A stretch of 64,000 nt of DNA from Rhodoferax sp. (GTDB lineage: Bacteria > Pseudomonadota > Gammaproteobacteria > Burkholderiales > Burkholderiaceae_C), in contig JAUSNJ010000162.1 of assembly GCA_030645355.1 (NCBI GenBank), positions 19,031 through 83,030 on the forward strand, in the 5' to 3' direction. Position 1 is the first letter of the stretch. Each line of letters begins with the position of its first letter. The position numbers and the translations under genes were made by a program. Under the pieces are notes generated by a model. That model did no database searches and was not told where the DNA came from. It saw only the letters and a list, made by a program, of their open reading frames with translations. This document shows positions 39,810 to 50,018 of the stretch, in pieces.

Positions 39810-40693
39810 TTGCGCTGCTCCTTTTCACCGGCGTAGAACACCCAATACTTTGAGCTCCAGAAACTGATCGCACTCAAGCTGCCTACCAGCGCGAATAGCA
39901 CCCACGAGAGGGCTGCGCCATAGCCCAGATTGAAGAAGCGGAAACTCTGGTCGTAGATGTACAACGCCAGCACATAGGTGGAGCTTAGCGGCCCGCCCTC
40001 GGTGATCATGTACGGACCATTGAACTCCTGGAAGGCGTGCACCATTTGCATGATCATGTTGAAGAAAATCACCGGCGTGATCAGCGGCACGGTGATGCTC
40101 CAGAACTGTTGCAGTTTGCTCGCGCCATCACATTCGGCGGCCTCATACAGCGAGACCGGCACGTTTTGCAGTGCGGCCAGAAAGATCACCATGGCGGAGC
40201 CAAACTGCCAGGTGAACAGCAGGACGATGGTCCACATGGAGTAGTGCTCGTCGGCCAGCCAGGCAATGGGCTCCATGCCTGCTTGCATCATCAGAAGATT
40301 GACCAGGCCGTGCTTTGCAAAAATGAAACGCCACAGCACCGCCACGGCAATGGAGCCACCCAGAATAGACGGCAAGTAAAAGGCGGCGCGAAAGAAGTTG
40401 ATGCCGCGCAACCGGAAGTTCAGCACATGGGCGATGAACAGTGCGAAGCCGACACGCAGCGGGACCGCCAACACCGCGAACAACAGTGTGACCCCCAGCG
40501 ATTTGCGAAACAAGGGATCATCCAGCGCCAGTTCACGGTAGTTCTCCAGCCCCACATACTGTGGCGGATCGATCAGGTCGTACTGCGTAAAGCTGAGCGC
40601 AAAGCTCATCACAAACGGAAACATCTTGAACAGCAGCACCCCCAGCACAAAGGGCAGCACGAAGAGAAACCCCAGGCGCTTGTTCTCGTACAT
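39806..40693 (-). CDS. togM: oligogalacturonide ABC permease 1
   Basis: MYENKRLG N-terminus, YEAAECDGA EAA loop. Confidence 0.82.
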   Translation of the reverse strand: MYENKRLGFLFVLPFVLGVLLFKMFPFVMSFALSFTQYDLIDPPQYVGLENYRELALDDPLFRKSLGVTLLFAVLAVPLRVGFALFIAHVLNFRLRGINFFRAAFYLPSILGGSIAVAVLWRFIFAKHGLVNLLMMQAGMEPIAWLADEHYSMWTIVLLFTWQFGSAMVIFLAALQNVPVSLYEAAECDGASKLQQFWSITVPLITPVIFFNMIMQMVHAFQEFNGPYMITEGGPLSSTYVLALYIYDQSFRFFNLGYGAALSWVLFALVGSLSAISFWSSKYWVFYAGEKEQRK

Positions 40694-40726
40694 GGCCGCT
40701 GAATCCGGTAGTACCCAGTCGCCGCG

Positions 40727-41488
<762 letters not shown>

Positions 41489-41530
41489 GGTGATAGTTCG
41501 GTGGTGGGGCGGTGTTGGGCAGGTATCGGC

Positions 41531-42367
41531 TTAGCGCAGAGTGGTCATGGGCACATGGTCCATGTCCTTGAAGACCTGGTTCTCACCGACCATGCCCCAG
41601 ATGAAGGTGTAGGCCTGGGTGCCCACACCGCTGTGGATGGACCAGCTGGGGTTGATAACCGCCTGCTCGTTGCGAACCACCAGGTGGCGCGTTTGCGTGG
41701 GTTCGCCCATCATGTGGAACACGGCGGCATCGGCCTTCATGTCAAAGTAGAAATACACCTCCATGCGGCGGTCGTGGGTGTGGCAGGGCATGGTGTTCCA
41801 CAGGCTGCCGGGCTCCAGCTGGGTCATGCCCATCAGCAACTGGCAGGTGGGCAGCACGTCGGGAACCAGGAACTTGTAGATGGTGCGGCGGTTGCTGGTC
41901 TCGGCCGAACCCAGGGTTTCGGGGGAGGCTTCTGCCAGCGTGATCTTTCGGTGCGGGTAAGCCACATGGGCGGGCGCGCAGTTGAAATACAGCTTGGCGG
42001 GTTGGTCCGTGTCAACACTGAAGAACTCCAGAGCCTTGGCGCCCTGGCCCACGTACAGGGCCTCGCGCGCACCCACGTCGAAGGTTTCACCATCGACCAC
42101 GACACGGGCGGCACCGCCGATGTTGATCAAGCCGAGTTCGCGGCGCTGCAAGAAGAAGTCCGTGCCAGTGTGTTTCCCCAGTTCGGCAGAGAACGTGACA
42201 CCCTTTGAGGTCGGCATGATGCCGCCAACGATGATGCGGTCGATCTGGCTGTAGGTCAGCGTGACGTTGTCGGCCACAAATAGGTCTTCGACCAGGAAGT
42301 GGCGGCGCAGGCCTTCGGTGTCCAGCGTGCGTGCGTGTTCACTGTGTATGGGTTGGCGGATTTGCAT
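41531..42367 (-). CDS. kduI: 5-keto-4-deoxyuronate isomerase
   Basis: [35 protein letters not shown]; AGGAG RBS. Confidence 0.96.
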   Translation of the reverse strand: MQIRQPIHSEHARTLDTEGLRRHFLVEDLFVADNVTLTYSQIDRIIVGGIMPTSKGVTFSAELGKHTGTDFFLQRRELGLINIGGAARVVVDGETFDVGAREALYVGQGAKALEFFSVDTDQPAKLYFNCAPAHVAYPHRKITLAEASPETLGSAETSNRRTIYKFLVPDVLPTCQLLMGMTQLEPGSLWNTMPCHTHDRRMEVYFYFDMKADAAVFHMMGEPTQTRHLVVRNEQAVINPSWSIHSGVGTQAYTFIWGMVGENQVFKDMDHVPMTTLR

Positions 42368-42471
42368 GATTTCTCCTGTTGTCGGGTCTGTGCGAGATGG
42401 CAATTGCGCCGGCTGTCTTTTTACAGACTAACCGACTTTAACTATTTAATGAAATGCTGGTTTCTACTTAG

Positions 42472-42529
42472 TGAACCACTGTTTCATTTTTATTTGTTGG
42501 TGCTATAGTATCACCGAAACATAGTTCCA
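42472..42529. promoter_or_regulatory. two KdgR boxes in the kduI/kdgF divergent promoter
   Basis: TGAACCACTGTTTCA (42472-42486) and CGAAACATAGTTCCA (42515-42529) in an AT-rich region. Confidence 0.72.
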
Positions 42530-42586
42530 CAAAATCCTTGTGTTGATTTATATTCCAACGCAAAGATGCTCCACCAAGGTCGCCGC

Positions 42587-42922
42587 ATGCACTTCTATAT
42601 CAATGAAACCGCCCCCTGGGTTGAACTGGGCGATGGCATCCGTCGCAAGATCGTCGGGCACACGCCGCAGCTGATGTCGGTTCTGGTGCAATTCGACCGA
42701 GGCGCGGTCGGCACACCCCACGCCCACGACGTGCATGACCAGATTGCCTACGTGGTGTCCGGCTCCTTCGAGGCCGAAGTCAATGGCCAAAAACGCGTCC
42801 TGCGAGCAGGCGACGCGTTTATCGCGCCCCACGACCACACCCATGGCGTTCTCGCCCTGGAAGACAAGAGCACCCTACTCGACCAATTTTCCCCAAGCCG
42901 GGACGACTACCTGGCCACTTGA
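42587..42922 (+). CDS. kdgF: cupin, pectin degradation protein
   Basis: PWVELGDGIRRK, H.H..HDQI.YV..G.F, H.HG, FSP.RDDYL; divergent from kduI as in Dickeya. Confidence 0.88.
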   Translation: MHFYINETAPWVELGDGIRRKIVGHTPQLMSVLVQFDRGAVGTPHAHDVHDQIAYVVSGSFEAEVNGQKRVLRAGDAFIAPHDHTHGVLALEDKSTLLDQFSPSRDDYLAT

Positions 42923-42980
42923 ATTTCTTCAACCACAACCTGCCACGCCACCAATAAAACCCATTACAGGAGACACCTTC

Positions 42981-45914
42981 ATGCACCAACTGACAAAATC
43001 CAAGCCACCCATTCTGAACGGCGTCAACCAGGCCGTGCGCACACTGTTGTGTGCCATTGCCGCAACCGGCACGGCGTCCTACGCACAGGAGACCCCCAAG
43101 CAACTGGACGCAGTGGTCGTCACCGGCCTGCGCGCCTCGCTGGAGAGCGCGCTGAATGCCAAGCGCGACAACAACGGCATTGTTGACGTGATCAAGGCCG
43201 AAGACATGGGCAAATTTCCGGACTCCAATCTGGCCGAATCCCTGCAACGCGTTCCCGGTGTGGTGATCGACCGCGACGCGGGCGAGGGTCGCTCCATCAC
43301 GGTGCGTGGCCTGGGGCAGGATTTCACCCGTGTGCGCATCAACGGCATTGAAGCCCTGGCAACGACGGGCGGTACCGACAGTTCGGGCGGTGCCAACCGG
43401 GGCCGCGGCTTCGACTTCAACGTTTTTGCATCTGAACTGTTCAACACCGTTACGGTGCGCAAGAGTTCGTCCGCCGACGTGGACGAAGGCTCATTGGGCG
43501 CCACCGTGGATCTGCAGACCACGCGCCCCTTCGACCTCAAAGGCTTCAACGCCATGGTCTCCGTGAAAGAGAAGTACAACGACCTCTCCAAAACCACCGA
43601 CCCCCGTGCCGCTTTCCTGCTGTCCAACACCAATGCAGACAAAACCTTCGGCGTGCTGTTGTCCGGTGCCTTCTCCAAGCGACGCAGCCTGGAAGAAGGC
43701 TTCAGCACCGTGCGTTGGGACAATGGCCCTTCATCCGGCGGATGGTGCGCACCCACCGGCGCCACGGCCAACCCCAGCACATCCACCGCCACAACCTGCG
43801 GCCCGGCAGCGCAGGGCGTGCCCCGGATAGCGGGTACCCCCGAGACACTGGCCGCATACGACGCCGCCCGTAGTGCAAACAATTTCACGCCACGTCTTCC
43901 CCGATACGGACGTTTGACCCACGACCAGGATCGTGTCGGCTTGACCAGTTCCATCCAGCTCAAACCTTCCGCCGATTCGCTGCTGACGCTGGACCTGATG
44001 TACTCCAAGCTCAAGGCGACCCGTCAGGAAGACTTTCTGGAAGCCATTTCCTTCAGCCGCAGTGCGACCCAGGGCGGCAAGCCGCAGACCAGCGTGCTCA
44101 GCACGGCCTATGCTGCCAACGGTGCATTGCAGTATGGTGTCTACAACGGTGTCGATGTTCGGGCCGAGTCCCGCTACGACGAGCTATCCACTACCTTCAC
44201 CCAACCCACCTTGACTTGGCAGCAGTCTCTCAGCGATACGCTGAAGCTGACAGCCAAACTGGGCAGCGCCAAGTCGGTGTTTGACAATCCGGTGCAAACC
44301 ACCACCACGCTGGACGCTCTCAATGTCAATGGATACACGCTGGACTTCCGCGGCAGCGACCGCCTGCCAAGCATCACTTATCCGTTTGATGTCAACAAGG
44401 CCGGCGGTGCACTGACCCTGGTTGGCGTGCCACCGGGCACGGCAACATCAGTCCCCAATACGACGACCAGCGAAATCCGGATTCGCCCCCAAGGTGCAAC
44501 CAACCGCACCGACGTAGGCCAGATCAATCTCGCGTGGGAGGCGTCGGATGCCCTCACCGTCAAGGGCGGCATCGACCTGAAGCGCTACACGTTTGACACC
44601 TTCGAGTTCCGCCGCATCAACCAGGGCGACACCATCTATGTACCCCCCACCGGCACGACCGTGGCCAGCCTGACCACCACGATCAACAACTTCGGCAACG
44701 GCTTGAACCTTCCCGCCGGGACACCAACCTCCTGGGTGATTCCCAATCTCAACGCCATTGCGCAGACCTATGACATCTACTGCAATTGCCTGAAGAGCGG
44801 CCCTGCCGGTGGCCCTGGCGACTTCAGGCTGTCGTCCACCACCAACGGCAATGCACGTGGCAACAATCGCTCCGTCACCGAGACCGACAACGGCGGATAC
44901 CTGATGGCGGATTTCGATACCAAGTGGAACGACGTCCCGGTGCGTGGCAATTTTGGAGCCCGCTATGTGAAGACCCAGCAGGTGGCTACCGGCTACCAGG
45001 CCGCAGGTGGCGGCACACAAGTTTCGGTCACCAATACGTATGATGACTGGCTGCCGTCTTTCAACCTGGCCGCTACCGTGAACCCGGCGGTTGTCGTGCG
45101 CGTCGCCGCTGCCAGCGTGATGGCAAGGCCTGTGCTGGGCAACCTGAACCCGGGTGGAACCATCTCGACCACCGGAACCCTTTCCATTACCAGCGGCAAC
45201 CCCTTGCTGCAACCGTACCGGGCCAAAACGCTGGACACGGGCATTGAGTGGTATTTCGACAAGAATGCGTTCCTGGGGCTGGGCGTGTTCAGCAAGAACA
45301 TTTCCACCTACATCCAAACCTTGACGACCAACATGGCGTTCAAGGACACGGGGTTGCCACTGTCCCTGTTGCCGTCGAACTTCAACGGCAATGAGGTCTT
45401 CGCGGTCAACACGCCCATCAACACCAATGGTGGTCGCCTCAATGGATTCGAGATCAACTACCAACAGCCCTTCACGTTCCTGCCAGGCATTGGAAAGAAT
45501 TTCGGCACCCTGCTGAACTACACCGTGGTGCAATCCAAGATTGACTACGCAACCACGGCAACCGGTGGTTCATACATCACCGATGACCTGTTGAATCTGT
45601 CGCCCACGTCCTGGAACGCGACCTTCTATTACGACGACGGCACGTTCAGCGGGCGTATCTCGGCATCGGCACGCAGCTCATTCCTGACCCGCGTGCCCGG
45701 CCAGAACAACAATGACGTGGAAGGAAAGAATGGCTCGGTCAACGTCGACTTCTCCATGAACTACAAGGTCAACAAGAACCTGGACGTGACGCTGGAAGCG
45801 ACCAACCTGACCAACACACCGAATGACCAGTTCATCAGCCGCGCCCGCAACAGCGCGGTGGTCTACAACGTGACCGGACGGGAACTCCTGATCGGCGCAC
45901 GCTACAAGTTCTGA
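42981..45914 (+). CDS. TonB-dependent receptor (pectin oligosaccharide, by context)
   Basis: AVVVTGLRASL TonB box, AEDMGKFPDSNLAESLQRVPGV plug, C-terminal GARYKF; AGGAG RBS. Confidence 0.92.
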   Translation: MHQLTKSKPPILNGVNQAVRTLLCAIAATGTASYAQETPKQLDAVVVTGLRASLESALNAKRDNNGIVDVIKAEDMGKFPDSNLAESLQRVPGVVIDRDAGEGRSITVRGLGQDFTRVRINGIEALATTGGTDSSGGANRGRGFDFNVFASELFNTVTVRKSSSADVDEGSLGATVDLQTTRPFDLKGFNAMVSVKEKYNDLSKTTDPRAAFLLSNTNADKTFGVLLSGAFSKRRSLEEGFSTVRWDNGPSSGGWCAPTGATANPSTSTATTCGPAAQGVPRIAGTPETLAAYDAARSANNFTPRLPRYGRLTHDQDRVGLTSSIQLKPSADSLLTLDLMYSKLKATRQEDFLEAISFSRSATQGGKPQTSVLSTAYAANGALQYGVYNGVDVRAESRYDELSTTFTQPTLTWQQSLSDTLKLTAKLGSAKSVFDNPVQTTTTLDALNVNGYTLDFRGSDRLPSITYPFDVNKAGGALTLVGVPPGTATSVPNTTTSEIRIRPQGATNRTDVGQINLAWEASDALTVKGGIDLKRYTFDTFEFRRINQGDTIYVPPTGTTVASLTTTINNFGNGLNLPAGTPTSWVIPNLNAIAQTYDIYCNCLKSGPAGGPGDFRLSSTTNGNARGNNRSVTETDNGGYLMADFDTKWNDVPVRGNFGARYVKTQQVATGYQAAGGGTQVSVTNTYDDWLPSFNLAATVNPAVVVRVAAASVMARPVLGNLNPGGTISTTGTLSITSGNPLLQPYRAKTLDTGIEWYFDKNAFLGLGVFSKNISTYIQTLTTNMAFKDTGLPLSLLPSNFNGNEVFAVNTPINTNGGRLNGFEINYQQPFTFLPGIGKNFGTLLNYTVVQSKIDYATTATGGSYITDDLLNLSPTSWNATFYYDDGTFSGRISASARSSFLTRVPGQNNNDVEGKNGSVNVDFSMNYKVNKNLDVTLEATNLTNTPNDQFISRARNSAVVYNVTGRELLIGARYKF

Positions 45915-45931
45915 TGGGGTGAAGCGGGGGT

Positions 45932-45964
45932 AAAGGGGTGGCCTGCGGGCCGCCCCTTTTTTTT
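45932..45964 (+). terminator. intrinsic terminator/attenuator between the TBDR and CE12 genes
   Basis: AAAGGGGTGGCC-TGCG-GGCCGCCCCTTTTTTTT. Confidence 0.75.
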
Positions 45965-45977
45965 GGGGGGAATCAAC

Positions 45978-47579
45978 ATGCACCTACTCACACGGGCCAG
46001 CCTGCCCATCATCGTGCTCGCGGTGCTGTGCTTGGGCGGCTGCGCCAGCGTGCCGCCCGTCAAGCGCCTGAACGGCGTCGTGGCAGCGGGCGGACCCCTG
46101 GCGCAGGCGCACATCAGCGTGCGCGACAGCAAAGGCACCGTGGCCAGTACACGGGCCGACATCCTGGGCCGCTACCAGCTGGACGCGTCCACCCTCACAC
46201 CGCCGCTGGTGGTGGTGGCGTCGGAGGCGGACAACCGCAATTGCCGCACCAACCAGACCCCTCGCGCCGTCTGCATGGTGGCGTGGCGGGCGACGCTGGA
46301 AGACGGTGACAACACCACCAATGTCAACCCGTTGACCGATTGGCTGGCGTCCGAGATGGCCACCACCCTGCAGTTCATCGGGCCGCAGCAGTTTGCCGAA
46401 ACGCCGCAGGCCCCCGTTGTTCCGGCCAGCGTACAGGCCCGCGCGCTGCAGCAGTTGCGCAGCGGGTTCGGGGCGGCGTTGGCCTACAGCGGCGTTGTGC
46501 TCACGGCCGGCTTTGACCCGGTCACCACGCCCATGCGCGCCGACGGGCGCGGCGTGGATGCCGTGCTGACCGTGCTCAACCACACGAGGGGTTACGACAA
46601 CAACAGTGGTGAGGCGTCTGCCACCGTCATCACGGACACGGCGTGGCGCCCGATTGCCCATCCGTTTGGTGAACGTGCCAACGAACCATTGCAGATGGAG
46701 CGTGCCGAGCGCGAGCGTGCGGCGATTCTGGCGGCCCGGGTCCGCCTTTTTATCGTTGGCGACTCGACCGCCGCGACCTATGAGCGCGAGCGCCTGCCGC
46801 GCATGGGTTGGGGCCAGGTGTTTGAAGAGCAATTCAAAGACACTGCAGACGTGAAGGTGGTCAATGGCGCACGCGCCGGGCGCAGCTCCCGCGACTTTTA
46901 CAACGGCGGCTGGTACCGCCAGATGCTGCGTTACCTGCGCCCCGGTGACTATGTGGTGATTGCCCTGGGTCACAACGACCAGAACTGCAACAGCCTGCGC
47001 CCGGCGCGCGGCGCGGCCGACGTGACCAACCTTTGCTCCTACCCCAACGACGCGCAAGGCCGACGCCAATTTCCAGCCAGGCAGCCGCAGATGTCGTTTC
47101 AGACCGCGCTGGAGGTCTATATCAATGATGCGCGTGCCAGGGGTGCCATTCCCTTCCTCATGACACCCACCACGCGCTATCTGAACGCGGACCGCAGAGT
47201 CGCCCATGTGAGTGGCGACACCCGCCCCGTCGTGTCACAGCACCGCACGCACCAGCACGCGGGCGGTGGCTATGCCTTTACCGGCGACTACAGTCAGACT
47301 ATCCGGGACACGGCCCGCGCCAATGGCGTGCCACTGATCGACCTGGAGGCCAAAACCATCGCCTTTGCCAACGCGCATGCCCACGACTGGCAGGACTATT
47401 GGCTGGTGGTGAGTGACACGGTGAAATTTCCCTGGTACGCCACGCAGACCGCCGGCACGCGGGCGTCACCCGACACCACGCACTTTCAGGAACGCGGTGC
47501 CCGGGCCATGGCGGCCCTGGTGGCGCAGGGCATCAAGGAGACGCTACAGTTGCAGGCGCTGGCGCAGCAACTGAAGTAG
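45978..47579 (+). CDS. lipoprotein SGNH/GDSL pectin acetylesterase (CE12) with an N-terminal accessory domain
   Basis: Lipobox LGGC; GDST, GRSSR, GHND, DTTH blocks. Confidence 0.82.
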   Translation: MHLLTRASLPIIVLAVLCLGGCASVPPVKRLNGVVAAGGPLAQAHISVRDSKGTVASTRADILGRYQLDASTLTPPLVVVASEADNRNCRTNQTPRAVCMVAWRATLEDGDNTTNVNPLTDWLASEMATTLQFIGPQQFAETPQAPVVPASVQARALQQLRSGFGAALAYSGVVLTAGFDPVTTPMRADGRGVDAVLTVLNHTRGYDNNSGEASATVITDTAWRPIAHPFGERANEPLQMERAERERAAILAARVRLFIVGDSTAATYERERLPRMGWGQVFEEQFKDTADVKVVNGARAGRSSRDFYNGGWYRQMLRYLRPGDYVVIALGHNDQNCNSLRPARGAADVTNLCSYPNDAQGRRQFPARQPQMSFQTALEVYINDARARGAIPFLMTPTTRYLNADRRVAHVSGDTRPVVSQHRTHQHAGGGYAFTGDYSQTIRDTARANGVPLIDLEAKTIAFANAHAHDWQDYWLVVSDTVKFPWYATQTAGTRASPDTTHFQERGARAMAALVAQGIKETLQLQALAQQLK

Positions 47580-48519
47580 TGGCCATCAGGTCCGACATGG
47601 CCTCCACGGGAATCAGCGCACCGGGATGCTGGATGACACGGGCCGCCAGCCGGTTGCCAAACGCCGCCGCCGCCGCCGGCGTGGCGCCCTGCAGCCGGCG
47701 CCCCAGATAGCCCGCCGCAAAGGAATCCCCCGCGGCCGTGGTGTCCACGACCCGGGATACGGCCTCGGTGGCGACCGGCTCCCAGTGCCCGCGCCCGGCC
47801 CGCACCAGCGTGGGTGCGGCACCGCGCTTGATGACCAGCTCGGGCACCGCCAGTTGCTGTGCCGCCAGCACCGCCTCCTCCAGGCTGGCCAGGCCGAACA
47901 GCACTTGGTGGTCATCCGCGGTCACCAGTGCCATGCTGGCGACCTGGAAGGCACGCAGAAAATTCTCGCGGGCAACGGCGGGATCGCTCCACAGCCGGGG
48001 CCGGTAGTTGTTGTCAAACACCACGCAGGCGCCGCGAGCGCGCAAGGCCTGCGCCAGCGCGAACAGGCGCTCGCGCCCGGCCGGGGGCAGGATGGCCAGA
48101 CTAATGCCCGAAAAATAGAACGCATCCCACTGCGCGGCATGCTGCTCTAGCGGGGTTTGCGTGGTGTCGAAGTAGGCCCGGGCGGCGCTCTGGTCGCGCC
48201 AGAAGCTGAAGCGGCGTTCGCCGTGCGCATCCACCTCGATCTGGTACAGCCCGGGCAGACGCCCCGGGATGCGGCGCACCAGGTCAAGCACCAGCCCGTC
48301 CTGGCCCCAGCGGCGCAGCAGTTCCCCGCTCAGCGGGTCATCCCCCAACGCCGTGGCGTAGCGCACCGACAGCGCATCGCCACCGCAGCGGGCCAGGTAG
48401 ACGGCGGTGTTGAAGGTGTCACCGCCATAGCTTTGCTGCATGGCGCCAAACGCCGTGCCGTGCAACTCCAGCATGCATTCGCCGATCAAGGCCACTTTTT
48501 TGGTTTTTTTCACGGTCAA
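47533..48519 (-). CDS. kdgK: 2-keto-3-deoxygluconate kinase
   Basis: IGECMLEL, GGDTFNTAVYLAR, FDNNYRPRLW, DTTAAGDSF; start could also be GTG 48513. Confidence 0.92.
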   Translation of the reverse strand: MTVKKTKKVALIGECMLELHGTAFGAMQQSYGGDTFNTAVYLARCGGDALSVRYATALGDDPLSGELLRRWGQDGLVLDLVRRIPGRLPGLYQIEVDAHGERRFSFWRDQSAARAYFDTTQTPLEQHAAQWDAFYFSGISLAILPPAGRERLFALAQALRARGACVVFDNNYRPRLWSDPAVARENFLRAFQVASMALVTADDHQVLFGLASLEEAVLAAQQLAVPELVIKRGAAPTLVRAGRGHWEPVATEAVSRVVDTTAAGDSFAAGYLGRRLQGATPAAAAAFGNRLAARVIQHPGALIPVEAMSDLMATTSVAAPAPATVASP

Positions 48520-48528
48520 TTTGATTTT

Positions 48529-48543
48529 TGAAACGATGTTTCA
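48529..48543. promoter_or_regulatory. KdgR box between divergent kdgK and ygjV
   Basis: TGAAACGATGTTTCA, an exact TGAAAC-N3-GTTTCA palindrome. Confidence 0.82.
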
Positions 48544-48558
48544 TTGTACTATCATGCC

Positions 48559-49077
48559 ATGGATTTCGTCGTGTTCCAGGACTGGCGCGCCCCGGCGCAG
48601 CTGTTTGGCTACCTCGCCTTCGCACTGGGCGTGGCCTCGTTCCTGCAAAAGAGTGACCGGCGCTTCAAGTGGTTCATGGCGGGCGAGTGCCTGGCCTATG
48701 TCGTCCACTTCTGGTTGCTGGGCGTCCCGACGGCGGCGGCCAGTTCGGGGGTGTCGCTGGTGCGCTCGCTGCTGTCGCTGTACACCCGCTCGGCCTGGGT
48801 TGCGCTCGGCGTGGTGGTGGTCAACCTGGCACTGGGCTATGGCCTGGCCACGCAATGGTGGAACTGGCTGCCGCTGCTGGCATCAACCATTGGCACGCTG
48901 GCCCTGTTCCTGCTGCACGGGATTCGCATACGGGTGGTCATGCTGGCTGGCACCTTGCTGTGGATCGTCAACAACGTGCTGTCCGGCTCCATCGGCGGCA
49001 CCGCGCTCGAACTGACCATCCTGATCGTCAATTGCAGCACCATCTGGCGCATGCGGGCGACGTCTTCCAAAATTTAG
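48559..49077 (+). CDS. ygjV: YgjV-family inner membrane protein
   Basis: Hydrophobic ~170 aa; AQ..G..AF..G...F, HF.LLG...AA, W...N....SIGG...E; KdgR box upstream. Confidence 0.72.
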   Translation: MDFVVFQDWRAPAQLFGYLAFALGVASFLQKSDRRFKWFMAGECLAYVVHFWLLGVPTAAASSGVSLVRSLLSLYTRSAWVALGVVVVNLALGYGLATQWWNWLPLLASTIGTLALFLLHGIRIRVVMLAGTLLWIVNNVLSGSIGGTALELTILIVNCSTIWRMRATSSKI

Positions 49078-49865
49078 TGTTTAGTGGCCGTGATGACCTG
49101 GAAGTTGCCGAAAAAATAGGTGCTGCGCTCACAGGTCCAGCCGCCCATTTCGGTGAGGCAGTTGACAGGGTCGTGTGTGTCCCACAGGGCCAGGCCAAAG
49201 GGCTCGAACACCTTGAAATAGGTCCAGCTCAGCAGGCGCAGGATGGGCAACTCGGGCCGGTGGAACTCGGCCAGGTAGAGTTTGCCGCCGGGTGCCAGCA
49301 TGCGCCCGGCTTCGCGCAGGGCCTGGATCTTCAGTGGATGGGGCAGTTCGTGCAGCAGAAAGAACATCACGTTGGCATCAACGCCGCCGGCCTGCTGGGT
49401 CATGGCCGTGGCGTTGTCTTCCACATAGGCGATTCTGCCGGCGTGGTGGCCCAGCTTGCCCCGGGCGTGCTCCAGTTCGTTGTCAATGATGTCAGCAATC
49501 ACCACGCTCTGTGCACCCGACTGCACCGCAGCGTCCACCACCCGGGGAATGACGTTGCCAAAGGCGCAGGACGTGACCAGCACTTTCTTGCCCTGCAGAT
49601 TGGTGGCCCCCAGGCCGGCCACGATCTTGGACACCAGGGTGCTGTACTGGAATAGCAGGATGGCCGAGATGACGGGCTGAAAGTCCACCAGCTTGATCAG
49701 GCGCATGTTGGAGTACAGCGGGTATACATGCGACTTGGCGCTGTTCTGCGCGGAGGAAAGTCCGCGCACCAGTAAGGCACCCCGCGTCAACACAAAGAAA
49801 AAAAGGCCCGTCAAACCCAATAAAAAGAACAGGCCAAAAACCACATTTGTCATCCAGCTAGTCAT
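49074..49865 (-). CDS. RquA-like class I SAM-dependent protein with an N-terminal hydrophobic helix
   Basis: IKLVD...ISAIL, VLVTSCAFG in place of GxGxG, FFLLHELP, PGGK...EFHRP, FEPF...LW, TYF.G..Q align with recalled RquA motifs. Confidence 0.65.
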   Translation of the reverse strand: MTSWMTNVVFGLFFLLGLTGLFFFVLTRGALLVRGLSSAQNSAKSHVYPLYSNMRLIKLVDFQPVISAILLFQYSTLVSKIVAGLGATNLQGKKVLVTSCAFGNVIPRVVDAAVQSGAQSVVIADIIDNELEHARGKLGHHAGRIAYVEDNATAMTQQAGGVDANVMFFLLHELPHPLKIQALREAGRMLAPGGKLYLAEFHRPELPILRLLSWTYFKVFEPFGLALWDTHDPVNCLTEMGGWTCERSTYFFGNFQVITATKH

Positions 49866-49975
49866 ACATGCCTTCTGAAAGTTGGTGCACGCGCAAGGGG
49901 CGCATGGCATGGTTTTGAGTGTGGCACTTTCAGCGGAAATTGGAATGGGGTTGGTGCCAAACCCGAAGCTTCTTC

Positions 49976-49989
49976 TTGATGTGTATCAA
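49976..49989. promoter_or_regulatory. FNR/ANR-type box
   Basis: TTGAT-GTGT-ATCAA, perfect consensus, ~110 bp upstream of the RquA-like gene. Confidence 0.8.
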
Positions 49990-50018
49990 GCAAACAGCCC
50001 GTGCAGATACCAGCAGGG

